A stretch of DNA of 64,000 bases. It comes from Saprolegnia diclina VS20 (taxonomy: Eukaryota). The first letter of the stretch is position 1; each line of letters opens with the position of its first letter. A program made the translations under genes and the position numbers. Under the pieces are notes generated by a model that did no database searches, had not been told where the DNA came from, and was given only the letters and a program-made list of their open reading frames with translations. Below are positions 45,893 to 59,163 of the stretch, in pieces. The stretch is taken from positions 438,235 to 502,234 of the forward strand of contig NW_008246083.1 of the NCBI RefSeq assembly GCF_000281045.1, read 5' to 3'.

Positions 45893-48800
45893 ATGAACAC
45901 GGTCGCGCCGGGGCCGGTGCTCGGGGCGTCGCCGCCACTGCGCGACAACCTCGTCGTCATCCACCGCGGGTCGACGTCGTCTCTCGGTGCGTGGGTGCAC
46001 CACGCGTCGTTGCGCGCGATTCGAAAAACCAACGTACGTCGTCGTTCTCTTGTGGCGCTAAGACCTTAGTCTAGCCGGCGCCGATTTCGCTCGGCTGCCT
46101 CCGTTTGCACAACCCGCTGCGGCGGCTCTGCCTCGCGCTCGTCACGTCCAAGTGGTTTGAGCGCTTCATCATGGTGTGCGTGCTCGCCAACACGCTCCTC
46201 CTCGGGCTCGTCGACTACTCGAACGCCGTCGACGGCGTCCCAGACCCGACGAATCACCGCAACATGCTCATCGACACGGTCAACGCGGTCTCGCTCTACG
46301 TCTTCCTCGTCGAAGCAAGCCTCAAGATCATCGCCTATGGCTTTCTCATCGGCAAAGGCACGTACTTGAGCGACGGCTGGAACCAACTCGACTTTGTCAT
46401 CATCATCTCGGGGTAGTCGATGCACATTTGCAGCGCTGACACTCTCCCATCTAGGACGTTCTCGCTCGTCTATTCGTCGGCCAGGCTCGGGATTCTCCGC
46501 GTGCTGCGAATACTTCGGCCGCTCCGCGCACTCCACTCGGTGCCGGGTATCGTACCACGTACCACCCCAGTAGGACCGCTGTAGACGATCTGTGCGTAGG
46601 GCTCAAAGTGCTCACCGGGTCGCTGTTATCGAGCTTGCCCGCGCTTGGAAACGTCGCCATCATCCTGGCCTTCTGCTACCTCTTCTTTGCGATCCTCGGC
46701 ATGGAGCTCTGGCGCGGCTCGTGGCACTACCGATGTCGCCTCACGCCCTTTCCTGTCACGCTCAACGCGTCAGTGTGGAACGTCTCGGCCATGACGCCGA
46801 CAACGAGCTACCTCGCGAGCGTCGTACGTTCGTCATTGTCAAGGACGACGTTGGCAGTTGACGCGTGCGCTAGGTGGCGACACCGGACGCCTTCCGATGC
46901 CTCTCGATCGAGAACAACGAGTCGTGGCCGTCGCCCATGAGCTGTTTCTGGCCCACCGACCCGGACGAAGATCGCAGCACGCCGTGGCTGTGCAGCTCGT
47001 CGTCTTCGGTAGAGCCAACGAGAGTGCGGATAACGTCAAGTGGTGCGTAGTGGGGGCGGCAGTGCGGCGCCAACCGAACGTGTGGCTCCAACTACGACCC
47101 GTTCGGCGCTCCGCGGTTTCTCGACCTGCACCTTCCAACGGCGCCCGACTACTCGCCCTTCTCGATCATGCGCCAGGCGGAATTTAGCCCGAACCTCAAC
47201 TTTGGCTTTACGAGCTTTGACAACGTGTACAGCGTCTTTGTCATGATCATTATGATTGTCACGGCGTCCGGCTGGATGGTGCTCACCGAGACCGTACGGC
47301 CTCCTCGTCGCAACCTTTTTCCTTAGACAAAGAATGGCGTAGGCCCAAGACGCGGGCGGGTCGGTCGCGGGCTTTGTGTACTTCAACGCTATTTTCTTCG
47401 TCGCCGGCTGCTTCCTGCTGCAGCTCAACATGGCCGTCCTCTTTTCCGAGTTTGAAAAGGCCAAGGAGAACCATACGACCGCCATGGCTCAGTACGCACA
47501 CGCGTTCGTTGCGTGGACTTAGATGGGGCTGTCGTAGCCAGCGGCGCGTCTCGCTCGCGAGCTACGCCGACAAGACGTTCAGTCGCAGCGTCCTCAAGCG
47601 GCCGTCGCTGCGCTTCTCATCGGGCCACCACCACCGGAAGCACCACAAGTGGCCAGCGATCGCCAAGCTGCGACAGCGCGCGGTATGCTTCAACATTGTC
47701 TTGCGCTCGCATGACCATCTCGGTGTAGCACCGGCTCATTCGCACGCCGCTTTTCGCGACGGTGAGCATGGGCATGACTGTCATCAACGTGATTGTGCTC
47801 ACGACCGACCACCACCCGAGCTCGATCGAGTACCGCGAAGTGTGCGACATCCTCAACGGCGTCTTCCTCCTCTACTTTTTCCTCGAGCTCTGCCTCAAGA
47901 TCACAGGCATGGGCGTATGGTCCTACTGGCAGTACGTCGACGCTCTCTTAGCCAAGGTTGGGGTTCATGTTGGACGGCTGTAGCGACAAGTTTAACCGGT
48001 TCGACTGCTTTACGGTTGTCATTGGCATCATTGAAATGGTGCTCAAGCCGCCCTACTATATCGATGGCACCGTCAGCGGCGCGTCGGGCTTCACCGCACT
48101 GCGCGCGTTCCGGGCCATCAAGATTGCGCGCGCGTGGAAGTCGTTGACGAAGCTGCTCGTGTCGATCATGGCTGCGATGGGCGAGATCCTCAACTTTCTC
48201 TTCTTCCTCATGCTCTTCCTCTACATATTCGCGCTGCTTGGCATGGAGGTGTTTGCGACCAAGTTTCAGTTTGACGCCAACAACTACCCGATGCCCTTCA
48301 ACTCGACGTCGCCGTCGACGCACCTGCACCGGTCCAACTTTGACACGATTCTCTGGGCCTTCTTCACCGTCTTCCAAGTCATCACGTACGCTGATCCTAG
48401 TCGCTCTCTCTAGATAGCTCGGGCGTAGGTACGACGGGTACCCGAATGTCATTTGGGATGGCTGGATCAGCGTCGGGGCCATCGCGCCATTGTACTTTTC
48501 GGCGATCGTTGTCCTTGGGGTCTGGGTCGTCATGAACATGTTCTCGGCCATCCTCGTCGAGAGCGTCATGGTCGAGCCGCCAAAAGAAAGCGTACATACC
48601 GAGATGCGGAAGGGCGGTGTACTAGCGTATACGTAGATGACAACGACGTACAGCTCGGAGGACAACGATCTCCTTGGAAAAGACGACGACAACTCGGACG
48701 TCTCACTCATTGGCCCACCGGTGCCAACGCGGTTGACGCGGCACAGCCAGGCCACGCAGCTTCGGCGGGTGCGCTTGGCGCTGCGCCGGCTCTTCCAGAT

Positions 48801-51675
48801 GCACGCGGCGACCGCGACGCGCGATCCCGAGATCGGTGTGCTGCACCTCTTGCACGAGAAGAGTCTCTGCCTCTTTGGGAGGCGGCATCCGGTGCGCCGC
48901 GTCTGCATCCAAGTGGTCGAGAGCCGTGCATTCACGGTGGGCATTTCGGTGCTGATCGGCTTTTCGTGCATCCTCACGGCCATCGACTCGCCGCTCCTCG
49001 ACCCAAAGTCGGACGTCGGGCGGCTCATCAACACGTGCAACTACCTCTTTGCGATTCTCTTCTCGGCCGAGATGGTGCTGACTGTGATTGCAAAAGGGCT
49101 CGTCTTTGGCGACGACGCGTATCTCAAAGACGGATGGCGCATCCTCGACGCGTTCATCGTCGCCGTCTCGCTCATTCCGCTCATGATGCAAACGGCCTCG
49201 GCGGTCTCGAGCCTCCGGGCGCTGCGGTCGTTGCGCGCGCTCCGGCCGCTCCGCGTCATCAACAAGCTGCCGCAGCTCAAGGTCGTTGTCAATACGCTCT
49301 TCCGGTGCCTGCCCGACATGGGCCGCACGTTTCTTTTTGTGGGCTTTATGCTCTACATCTTTGGGGTTATGGCCACGATCCTCTTCAAGGGCGCGCTTCA
49401 GACGTGCTCGTCGTCGCCGTACAACTACGGCACGAGCCAGGGACCGCCGCTGTGGTTTCCCGCCAACTACTCGGGCGTGTACTCGGCCTCGGATATTGCG
49501 ACGTACGACATCATGACGCATCCGCGCTTGGTAAGCGACATGTACCCAGTGTCGCAAGCGATCGCGCTGCCAGCGTACGCAGCCTGCAACCTCTCAACGT
49601 CGCTCCTACCAACGTCCAAGGAGGTGTGCCAATGCTTCAACGCGACGTGGTCCCTCGCGACGCCCCAGGGGTAGGGTCTCATGCGGCGTCTTCTCGTGCG
49701 ACTGACGTTTGCGTAGCTTTGACAACATTATCTGGAGTGTCGGCGGCCTCTACGAGCTCACGACGCTCGAGGGCTGGATCCAAGTGGCACTGGCGAGCAT
49801 TGACGCGGTCGGGCCCGACATGCAGCCGATCGTCAACCACCAGGTGTGGGTCATGGCGTTCTGGTGGGTCTTTATCATCGTGTGCTGCTTCTTCGTCACC
49901 AACCTCTTCATCGCGGTGCTCTGCGACGCCTTCATGCGTGAAAACTACGGCACGCTCATCACGGAGGAGCAAATGCAGTGGATCAAGCTCCAGCGCCAAG
50001 TGCTGGCGATGCGGCCGCACGTCATTCCACCCACCCCCCACGGCTCGTGGCGCCGGCTTTGCTACGACATTGTGCAGTACCCGTACTTTGAACACGTCAT
50101 TACGATCTGCATTTTGCTCAACATGCTTGCGATGACGTCGCAAGCGTTTGGCCAATCGGCGACGACGCTCTTTGCCTTCTCGCTGCTCAACTACATCTTC
50201 TCGGCCATCTTTGGCCTCGAAGCCATCCTCAAGATCTTGGCGTTTGGCAAAGCGTACTTTACCGAGGGCTGGAATCGCTTTGACTTTGCGATCGTCGTCT
50301 TCACCGCCGTGAGTTTGATTCTCCCGCTCTTTACGAGCGTCGACCTCGGGACAGCGTCCACGGTCGTCCGCGTCTTCCGCGTCGGCCGCGCGCTCCGGCT
50401 CATCAAGAAGGCCAAGATCATCCGCAACCTCTTTGACACGCTCACGGTACTTCCCGGACCACTCGGATGATGGCACGCAATGTGTGTAGGTGTCGCTGCC
50501 CGCGGTCGGCAACGTCACGTCGCTGCTCTTGCTGCTCTACTACATTTATGCCGCCGTCGGAGTCCAGCTCTTTGCCAAAGTCGGGGTGCGTCGGCGCTGC
50601 TTGACGCGTATGGTCATCTTCCAACTCTGTAGTTTGATGGCAACATGATCAACCGGCACCAGAACTTTCAGTCGTTCTGGACCACGTTCCAGATGCTCAT
50701 TGGGTTCTCAACGGGCGAAAGCTGGGACAATTTTACGTGGGAGATCTACAATATGAGCCCGACGACCAACCCGAGCTGCGTCGAGCGGCAGTTCAACGCG
50801 TCCATGTGCGGCTTCAACGACGCGCCGGGCTGTGCGCCCCTCGACGGCTGCGGCTCGTTTCTCATCGTGCCGTACATGTACTCGTTCTTCCTCGTCATTG
50901 GCTACGTCGGCCTCAACGTCTTCTCGGGTATCGTGATTGACGCGCTCGATGGCGGCGTCGACTCGCCCATCAACCACAACACGCTGGCCGAGTTTACCGA
51001 CAAGTGGGCGACGCTCGATCCGCACGGGTCGGGGCTCATCACGACCACGCAGCTCGCGGACTTTCTCATGGCGACCAAGCCGCCCTTTGGCTTTCGCTAT
51101 GTGCCGGGCATGAACCGCCGGCGCGTGCTCCAGGCCATCGGTAGCAATCTCGTATGATCTCTATTGGCCAACGGCGGATAGGGTTGCTGGACATTCACAT
51201 TTACGACGGCCAATTTGTCCACTTTAAAGACGTCCCGCGTGCGCTCGTGCAGCGCATTCTGAGCGAAGTACATGGCGCTCGCTTGGTCGTCGTTACTATG
51301 CACGGTGTAGGGCGACCGGAAGAAGCTCTCGGAGATCCAGCAACTCATGCACACGATGGGCATCAACAAGCAGTTTGACGACATGTGGTTTAGCCGGCGC
51401 GGGAAAGCCGAAGTTGCGCGCTTCAAGTCTTTTACCGCAGTCTCGGCCAAGCGCCACGTGGCCTCGCTCGTGATTGCGCGCTTCATCTACCGGTACCGCC
51501 AAGCCCAGGCGCTCGAGCGGGCGCGGGCCGAGTTTGCCGACACACGGAGGTGCGTCACTCGACGGATTGCCCGCAGGACTCACGAATGGCTAGTTTTTGC
51601 ACCGTGACCGTGCTGCAGCGAGGATCGTCTTCGAACCGCCCGACGATGACCAAGTGGGTGTCACCGGACGCCTAA
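45893..51675 (+). CDS. Four-domain voltage-gated cation (Cav-like) channel alpha subunit, multi-exon
   Basis: Four S4 segments (RVLRILRPLRAL; LRAFRAIKIAR; LRALRSLRALRPLRVI; VRVFRVGRALRLIK), DGWNQLDF/EGWNRFDF, four pore loops and a C-terminal EF-hand/GPHH-like region. Gene ends approximate. Confidence 0.93.
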
Positions 51676-51759
51676 GCGCGTCGCCTTGCTATTTATGATT
51701 TTCGAAAATCACTAACTTATGCTTCTTGTTGTGAAACGTCGTCTTGAACCGTTGTCGTG

Positions 51760-54700
51760 ATGGGCTGGGAAGGGGCGACGGGCCACCTCTACGTGACGGG
51801 CGACCTCGTCGAGGACGGACCGAGCAGCGTCAAGCACCATATGCCCGTCCAAGGACGCAAGATCAAGGCTCTCCAAGGCGGCTACAATGCTTCGCTGGCG
51901 CTCGTCGACGGCTGGGAGCTCGCGTGGATGACGCCGCCCGTACGAACTTTGCAGTTGGCTGCGGTGGCACACACAAGTACCCTAGGTCTTTGAGCTCGCC
52001 AAGCCGCAGCACGACGTCAAGATTCACATGCTTGCCTTTGGCGCCAAGCACACGCTCGGGCTCAGCCTCGACGGCCACCTCTACGCGTGGGGCGTCGGCG
52101 AGAGCGGCCAGCTCGGCCTCGGCGGCGCCATCACGAGCACCAAGACACCCCGCAAGCTGCGCGAGCTTCCGGGCGTCGCCTTCACCTCGGCACGCCGTTT
52201 GATGCAAGAGGAGGCTTCACGGAGAATATCGTAGGTGGCCTGCGGCGGGTTTCACTCGGCGGCCGTGACGTCGACGGGCGCGCTCTACACGTGGGGCCGC
52301 AACCTCGAGGGGCAGCTCGGCCACGCGTCGTCGCTGCTCTCAACGAGCGAGAATGAAACTCAGAACGGCGTCTTCTTCCACCCCAAGCACGTTGACGCGT
52401 TCCTCAAGAAGCGCTGCAAGCAGATAGCGTGCGGCGACAAGTTGTCCGTCATCCTCACGGACGCCGGCGATGTCTATGCGTGCGGCGAAGGCCAAGTGGG
52501 CCAGCTCGGGCAAGGTACTCGTCGTCACTTGAACGGTAGCGGGACTCACTGGAGGCGAAGGTCGGTGCACCAAGCAATTTCTACCCCTCCTCACGCTCCT
52601 CGGCGAAAAGACCGACCCGTTCGTCCAGGTGGCGTGCGGCTGGGCCCACGCGCTCGCGCTCACGTCGTCTGGTCGGCTCTTTGCGTGGGGCTTCAACCAA
52701 TACGGGCAGCTTGGCCTCGACGATACCAAGTCACGCTTCGTCCCCGAAGAGCTCCCCGGTCTCCTCTTCAAGCACGTGTATGCCGGCGGCAACTACGCCG
52801 CCGGTATTTCGTGTACGACGACCTATGTGCGTGATGCTTGCCTAAGATGAAGGATCGTAGCGGCCGGTCGGCTGTATACTTGGGGAAATGGTCGGCACGG
52901 GAAGCTCGGTCACGGCCACGACGACAACGTCTGTCGCCCACTCGTCGTCGACGCCGTCCAAGACACGTACGTGCAGGCGGTCGCGTGCGCGGCCCGTCAC
53001 ATGATCTTCTTTGCGCCGTCGTGGGTACGTCGTGCTCCCAATGGTCTTTTTCAAGCTAGCAAATGGCGCGTAGGTCGAGCACATTCAACCCACTTGCGGC
53101 GCCATGTCGGGCGGCACGCAGCTGCGCATCTTTGGCTCCGGGTTTTGGGCGACCGACGACTTGACGGTGCGCTTTGTGCCGCTTACGGACGGGCGACTGG
53201 CGCGCGCCGCGCTCGCCGCGTACGATCCTGTCACTGGCACCGTACGTGCTCTTGTCGCGATACGAAAGGGCGGGAGCATTAAGGATAGATTGCGTGCGAG
53301 GTGCCTCGGTTCGGCGTCCCCGGCGACTTTGCCGTTGAAGTGGCCATGAATGGCAAGCACTTTACGTCCAACGGCGTTCTCTTTGAAGTGTTTGCCCCGC
53401 CGACCGTCACCTTTGTCTCGCACAAGGAACTGCCGCTCGTCAACGAGACGAATGCTGTCGTGCGTATGCATTTGCGCGGTGAGCGACCCAAAGCTGCCGA
53501 CGTCCCAGTCGTTCGATGGGTCCCGCTCGACGGTCGCTTGGCTCCGGTGCTCGTCGAGGGCGTCTGTGGCGAGTAGCCATCTTCTAGTGCGTGGGGAAGA
53601 AGCTGTTGACGCGCTGGTGTGTAGGATTCCCAAGGCCGACAGCGGCTCGGACGACGGCGACGACGCGCTTGCAACCAACGCCGAGGACGACGAGGACGAC
53701 GAGCACGACAATGTGTTTCAGCTCGCGTTTCCGGCGCCGTCGTTCGAGATGAACCGTTGCTTTTGTTTGTTGTCGACAGGGACACGGTGCTAATTGGACG
53801 AGCACGTAGAGTCCGAGCTCGTTGCGTGCACGCTCGATGTGTCGTTCAACGGCGTCGACTTTAACGCGGTGCGCATCCACGACCCGTTCCACAGTGGGCT
53901 CCCGGATCCTGAAGTCGTCTACTTTCACGAGGTCCACCAATGGCCCATGACATGTTTCTGTCAGTGACACCATGCTCTTCTAGGCCGCGATCACCCGCGT
54001 CGTCCCCAACGGCGTTGCGCTGCCCGGCGACAATATGGCGATTGAGATTCGCATTCAACAAATGTTCGATATCGGCCAGCTCAAGTGCCGCATCCGGTGC
54101 GCCGAGCCCGAGACACTGTGCGAATGTGACTATTTCACGGCCAATCATGTTTTTTCGGGGTTAGGGATGCACCCTACCGTATTGCGTCGACAAATCTCGC
54201 GGTCGTCTCGTTTAGCGTCGACGACCAAGTGGTCCACTGTTCGATCCCACCGTTTGCCGACTGGCGCGTCGACACGATCACGCCGCTCCGAGACGATCCC
54301 GACTCGGACGACGATGTGCGTTTTGGATTTAAAAAAGGTTAGGCAGGACGGATGTTGCATTAGACCAAGAGTAAGCCTACGACGCCGCCCGGCGCGTGGT
54401 TCCAGCCGGACGCCCAGTGGTTTACAACGACCGTACAAGTGTCGCTCAACGGCGGCGCGACGTATTTGGCGCCCATCTCACCGGGCGTTGCCGACGTCGT
54501 CGCGTACACACCCGGTACGCTCGAGGCAATCACGCCGACCTCCGGGCCGCTCAGCGGCGGCACGCTTGTGTCGCTCCGGTCCAACTACTTTCAGTACGAC
54601 ACGAATGACGCGATGGTGTCGATCGAGTACAACGGGGACATCCAGTTCGTACCTGGCTTTGTCAAGACGCTTCCCGAGGTCTGAGTCTTTGTGGTGGCGT

Positions 54701-55352
54701 CAAATAGGTCGCGACGCATTCGTGCCTTCGTAGGCCACGGAGCGAGCGCTGACGTTTGAGATGCCGACGTTTTTCGTGCCGCCCCCGCCCCCCATGGAGA
54801 GTCCGCGCCCGGGGGGTGGCATCGTGTACCCCCCCGCCCCCGTGCTCCCCAACGCGATCGTCAAGGTCGCACTCAACGGCTCGACGTACGCCCACGAGTC
54901 GTCGGTTCCGTTCGAGTTTTACTGTATCTTGACTCTACACGTTAGCCAGCTTCAAGTTGTCTCATTTGTGTAGACAACCCCAAGGTCGTCACGGTCGAGC
55001 CGAGCACCGTATCGCCCGGCGTGACGCTTCAACTGACGGGCGAGCTCTTCCGGACGGGTCCGCTCGCCAAGTACAAGCTCACGAACGCCGACGGCACGTT
55101 CTCCGCGGTGCGGTCGTCATCCCAATGCTTTCTCACACGACGTTTGGCCAGGACGTGCAAGCGAATTTGGTCGATGAAAAGGGAGTCAAGTTGTACAAAG
55201 TTGAGATTCCGGCCTTGGGCAAGGCCGCCGAAGGCGATCTTTGGTTTCACGCTGCACTCAACGGCGTTCAGTACAGCACCAGCGATACTGCCAAGGTCCT
55301 GTACGTCGATCAACCCGAATCGTCGACCAAGGACGACAAACGCAAACATTGA
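51760..55352 (+). CDS. RCC1-repeat + IPT/TIG domain protein, multi-exon
   Basis: RCC1 repeats (LYAWGVGESGQLG, VACGGFHS, LYTWGRNLEGQLG, WGFNQYGQLG) followed by IPT-like units (GAMSGGTQLRIFGSGF, VEVAMNG, PTSGPLSGGTLV). Confidence 0.85.
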
Positions 55353-55455
55353 GGAATCATCAACTTCATATTGTCTTTTACTATCAACTTGAAACAAAAC
55401 AATTTGCTTGTGACTGGACATCAACACGGCCGACCGCCAACACCACCTGCCACAT

Positions 55456-56583
55456 TTAGACAGTCGACTGGGCCGGGAGCTTGCCGGCGGCTTGGAGGTC
55501 CTTGACGACGTCGCTGATCTTGACGCCGCCGTTGAGGCAGCCACCGCAGTTGTGGAGCGCGATGACCGCATGGTCGTTGGGACTGATGACCGGCGAGCCC
55601 GACGACCCGCCCTCCGTGTCGACCATGTAGCCGACTTCGTTGGCAACGCAGCTGTTGATGTTGAGCGACTCAATCGTGCCCTGGGCGCCGTTGTCGAGGA
55701 GGTACCCAATACGGCGCGGCTTGCCCGCGGGATGCTGCGGGATGTAGATCTGTTCACCGAGCTTGGGGCCCGACGCGCGCGCCTTGAGGAAGCCGTACTT
55801 GGCCAAGCTCACGCCCGACTTGAGGTTGAGCTTGACGAGCGTGTAGTCGAGGTTCTTGTTGGTGCGGATGAACGTCGCGCTCGTGGCCACGATGGTGCCG
55901 CGGCAAGCGAGCTGCTGCGTGTTGTTCGGGTCCGCGCACGTCGCGCACTCGGCGCCAAACTCAAACTGAATGTCCTTGGCCGCGTTGGCGTCGCCGATGC
56001 AGTGGTTGTTGGTGATCAAGTGGCCCTCCGAGCCAAAGAGCCACCCGGTGCAGAGCGACGTGCCGCCAATGAGGAGCCGGCCCACGGCCTGCGCCTTGGT
56101 GTACTGCGTCGGGAGCGAGCTCTTGACGCACACCGCAGCCTTGGTGTCGTCCGTGCCGCAAATGGCCTCGGTCGGGCGCGGCGGCACACCGTACGCGAGA
56201 CTATCGATGCGGAAGGCGTCGACGCCGTCGAGGAGCGCAATGTCTTCGCGCGGCGGCGTGTACGAGAGCACGACCGAGCCGCCGGGGATGTACTCGGCGT
56301 AAAAGTTGTCGCGGTCGCCGCCCGTGTACTTGACCGACGTCGATCCGTCGGGCGACGAGAGCGTGAGGACAGCGCCGTTGGGCAAGTTGAGCGAGTCAAA
56401 GTGCAGCGAGACGTACGAGGCGGCGTCGCGCGAAATGACGGTGCGCAGCGGCACCGACCCGTTCGACGCCAGCGTGTACGGCGCCGTGCGACCGATCTCG
56501 TCGGCGCCCTGGAAGCACGTCTGGCCGGCCACGAGCGACGCCGCGAGGCCAACGAGCGCAGTGAGCTTGGCGAAGGAAATCAT
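55456..56583 (-). CDS. Secreted trypsin-like serine protease (S1; lysyl-endopeptidase-like)
   Basis: Signal peptide; LITNNHC (His), LDYTLV (Asp), DTEGGSSGSP (Ser). Confidence 0.92.
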   Translation of the reverse strand: MISFAKLTALVGLAASLVAGQTCFQGADEIGRTAPYTLASNGSVPLRTVISRDAASYVSLHFDSLNLPNGAVLTLSSPDGSTSVKYTGGDRDNFYAEYIPGGSVVLSYTPPREDIALLDGVDAFRIDSLAYGVPPRPTEAICGTDDTKAAVCVKSSLPTQYTKAQAVGRLLIGGTSLCTGWLFGSEGHLITNNHCIGDANAAKDIQFEFGAECATCADPNNTQQLACRGTIVATSATFIRTNKNLDYTLVKLNLKSGVSLAKYGFLKARASGPKLGEQIYIPQHPAGKPRRIGYLLDNGAQGTIESLNINSCVANEVGYMVDTEGGSSGSPVISPNDHAVIALHNCGGCLNGGVKISDVVKDLQAAGKLPAQSTV

Positions 56584-58035
56584 CGTGGGATGCNNNNNNN
56601 NNNNNNNNNNNNNNNNNNNNNNNNNNNNNNNNNNNNNNNNNNNNNNNNNNNNNNNNNNNNNNNNNNNNNNNNNNNNNNNNNNNNNNNNNNNNNNNNNNNN
56701 NNNNNNNNNNNNNNNNNNNNNNNNNNNNNNNNNNNNNNNNNNNNNNNNNNNNNNNNNNNNNNNNNNNNNNNNNNNNNNNNNNNNNNNNNNNNNNNNNNNN
56801 NNNNNNNNNNNNNNNNNNNNNNNNNNNNNNNNNNNNNNNNNNNNNNNNNNNNNNNNNNNNNNNNNNNNNNNNNNNNNNNNNNNNNNNNNNNNNNNNNNNN
56901 NNNNNNNNNNNNNNNNNNNNNNNNNNNNNNNNNNNNNNNNNNNNNNNNNNNNNNNNNNNNNNNNNNNNNNNNNNNNNNNNNNNNNNNNNNNNNNNNNNNN
57001 NNNNNNNNNNNNNNNNNNNNNNNNNNNNNNNNNNNNNNNNNNNNNNNNNNNNNNNNNNNNNNNGCAGATCTGAGTCGGATCGCTGTCTGATGAGATGTAC
57101 TCAGACGACGTACTCAGATTGAAGCAGCAAAAGTGGGACTCTCGGGCGGTCGGAAGAGTCGCACACCCACGAAATCATTGATCCCAGAAACTTTATCTGA
57201 TGCGATCTGGGAAGCGAGAACGATGTGGTTCGCAGCGCCAAAGACCCGTGCACTTGGCGAATGCGCTCGGTGACCACTACCCCAGACAAAAAACGAGCTC
57301 GCGCGTCACAACTCTCAATACGCGTTTGGCCAGAAATACACGCTGCAACAAAGAATTGAGCTCGAATTCAACCGTGCCACCTAGTGAACTCAGACCCGTG
57401 TCTGGTTTCGCATGTATCTGAGTACCTCGCTCTGATAATCGTAGGCGGCGTGCATATGATGACACCGGCAGGTACGACGCGCAACCCGCCCGCTCTTGAG
57501 AGCGCCCACAGTCCAGCTACCAAATGACTGGTTTCGCTGCCAGCTGCACCTTGATTCAAAAAGCAACTACTAGTACGGTCGAGGCTCCCCAGTCAGACTA
57601 AACATAACCCATATGTTGCTCACCTCGCTGCTGGTTCCTCACCGCCACGCAGCTCCCCACGCAGCCCTCGCATGATGCACACACCGTCGCCATGCAGTTC
57701 GTACGCACAAGTAGCCAATTCGAACGACGGATCTCGTCCCACCCAATCTGCTCGAGTGCTGCGGCCGTCGAGCGCGGGCGTGGTGAACGTCGAGCTAGTT
57801 GGGCTGGGTACGGCTGGGCTCAGATGGCCGCAGGGATTAGCTGCTCACCACAGAGTACGAATCCGCTCGATTCTCAGGTGCATGCAGCACAGAGTTCTCA
57901 GGTGTTGTGTTCGTACACAGCGTCGTTGGCGCACCCATGGATTCAAATCCGTTTGTGGCGGCTACAGTGTAGTACAAATCGCTTTGGCCCGCGCCTCGTA
58001 GCTCACTTTTCCTTTTGCAGCCATTGCATCCCACG

Positions 58036-59163
58036 ATGATTTCCTTCGCCAAGCTCACTGCGCTCGTTGGCCTCGCGGCGTCGCTCGTGGCCGGCCAGAC
58101 GTGCTTCCAGGGCGCCGACGAGATCGGTCGCACGGCACCGTACGCGCTGGCGTCCAACGGGTCGGTGCCGCTGCGCACCGTCATTTCGCGCGACGCCGCC
58201 TCGTACGTCTCGCTGCACTTTGACTCGCTCAACTTGCCCAACGGCGCTGTCCTCACGCTCTCGTCGCCCGACGGATCGACGTCGGTCAAGTACACGGGCG
58301 GCGACCGCGACAACTTTTACGCCGAGTACATCCCCGGCGGCTCGGTCGTGCTCTCGTACACGCCGCCGCGCGAAGACATTGCGCTCCTCGACGGCGTCGA
58401 CGCCTTCCGCATCGATAGTCTCGCGTACGGTGTGCCGCCGCGCCCGACCGAGGCCATTTGCGGCACGGACGACACCAAGGCTGCGGTGTGCGTCAAGAGC
58501 TCGCTCCCGACGCAGTACACCAAGGCGCAGGCCGTGGGCCGGCTCCTCATTGGCGGCACGTCGCTCTGCACCGGGTGGCTCTTTGGCTCGGAGGGCCACT
58601 TGATCACCAACAACCACTGCATCGGCGACGCCAACGCGGCCAAGGACATTCAGTTTGAGTTTGGCGCCGAGTGCGCGACGTGCGCGGACCCGAACAACAC
58701 GCAGCAGCTCGCTTGCCGCGGCACCATCGTGGCCACGAGCGCGACGTTCATCCGCACCAACAAGAACCTCGACTACACGCTCGTCAAGCTCAACCTCAAG
58801 TCGGGCGTGAGCTTGGCCAAGTACGGCTTCCTCAAGGCGCGCGCGTCGGGCCCCAAGCTCGGCGAAAAGATCTACATCCCGCAGCACCCCGCGGGCAAGC
58901 CGCGCCGCATCGGGTACCTCCTCGACAACGGCGCACAGGGCACGATTGAGTCGCTCAACATCAACAGCTGCGTTGCCAACGAAGTCGGCTACATGGTCGA
59001 CACGGAGGGCGGGTCGTCGGGCTCGCCGGTCATCAGTCCCAACGACCACGCGGTCATCGCGCTCCACAACTGCGGTGGCTGCCTCAACGGCGGCGTCAAG
59101 ATCAGCGACGTCGTCAACGACCTCCAAGCCGCCGGCAAGCTCCCGGCCCAGTCGACTGTCTAA
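58036..59163 (+). CDS. Secreted trypsin-like serine protease (near-identical inverted copy)
   Basis: Differs from 55456-56583 at three residues that I could see (T/A, Q/K, K/N). Confidence 0.92.
   Translation: MISFAKLTALVGLAASLVAGQTCFQGADEIGRTAPYALASNGSVPLRTVISRDAASYVSLHFDSLNLPNGAVLTLSSPDGSTSVKYTGGDRDNFYAEYIPGGSVVLSYTPPREDIALLDGVDAFRIDSLAYGVPPRPTEAICGTDDTKAAVCVKSSLPTQYTKAQAVGRLLIGGTSLCTGWLFGSEGHLITNNHCIGDANAAKDIQFEFGAECATCADPNNTQQLACRGTIVATSATFIRTNKNLDYTLVKLNLKSGVSLAKYGFLKARASGPKLGEKIYIPQHPAGKPRRIGYLLDNGAQGTIESLNINSCVANEVGYMVDTEGGSSGSPVISPNDHAVIALHNCGGCLNGGVKISDVVNDLQAAGKLPAQSTV

Noticed and set aside
51760..51780. MGWEGA start of the RCC1-IPT gene as a second myristoylation candidate
   Set aside because: Bulky Trp at position 3 and no Ser/Thr at position 6; poor consensus match.
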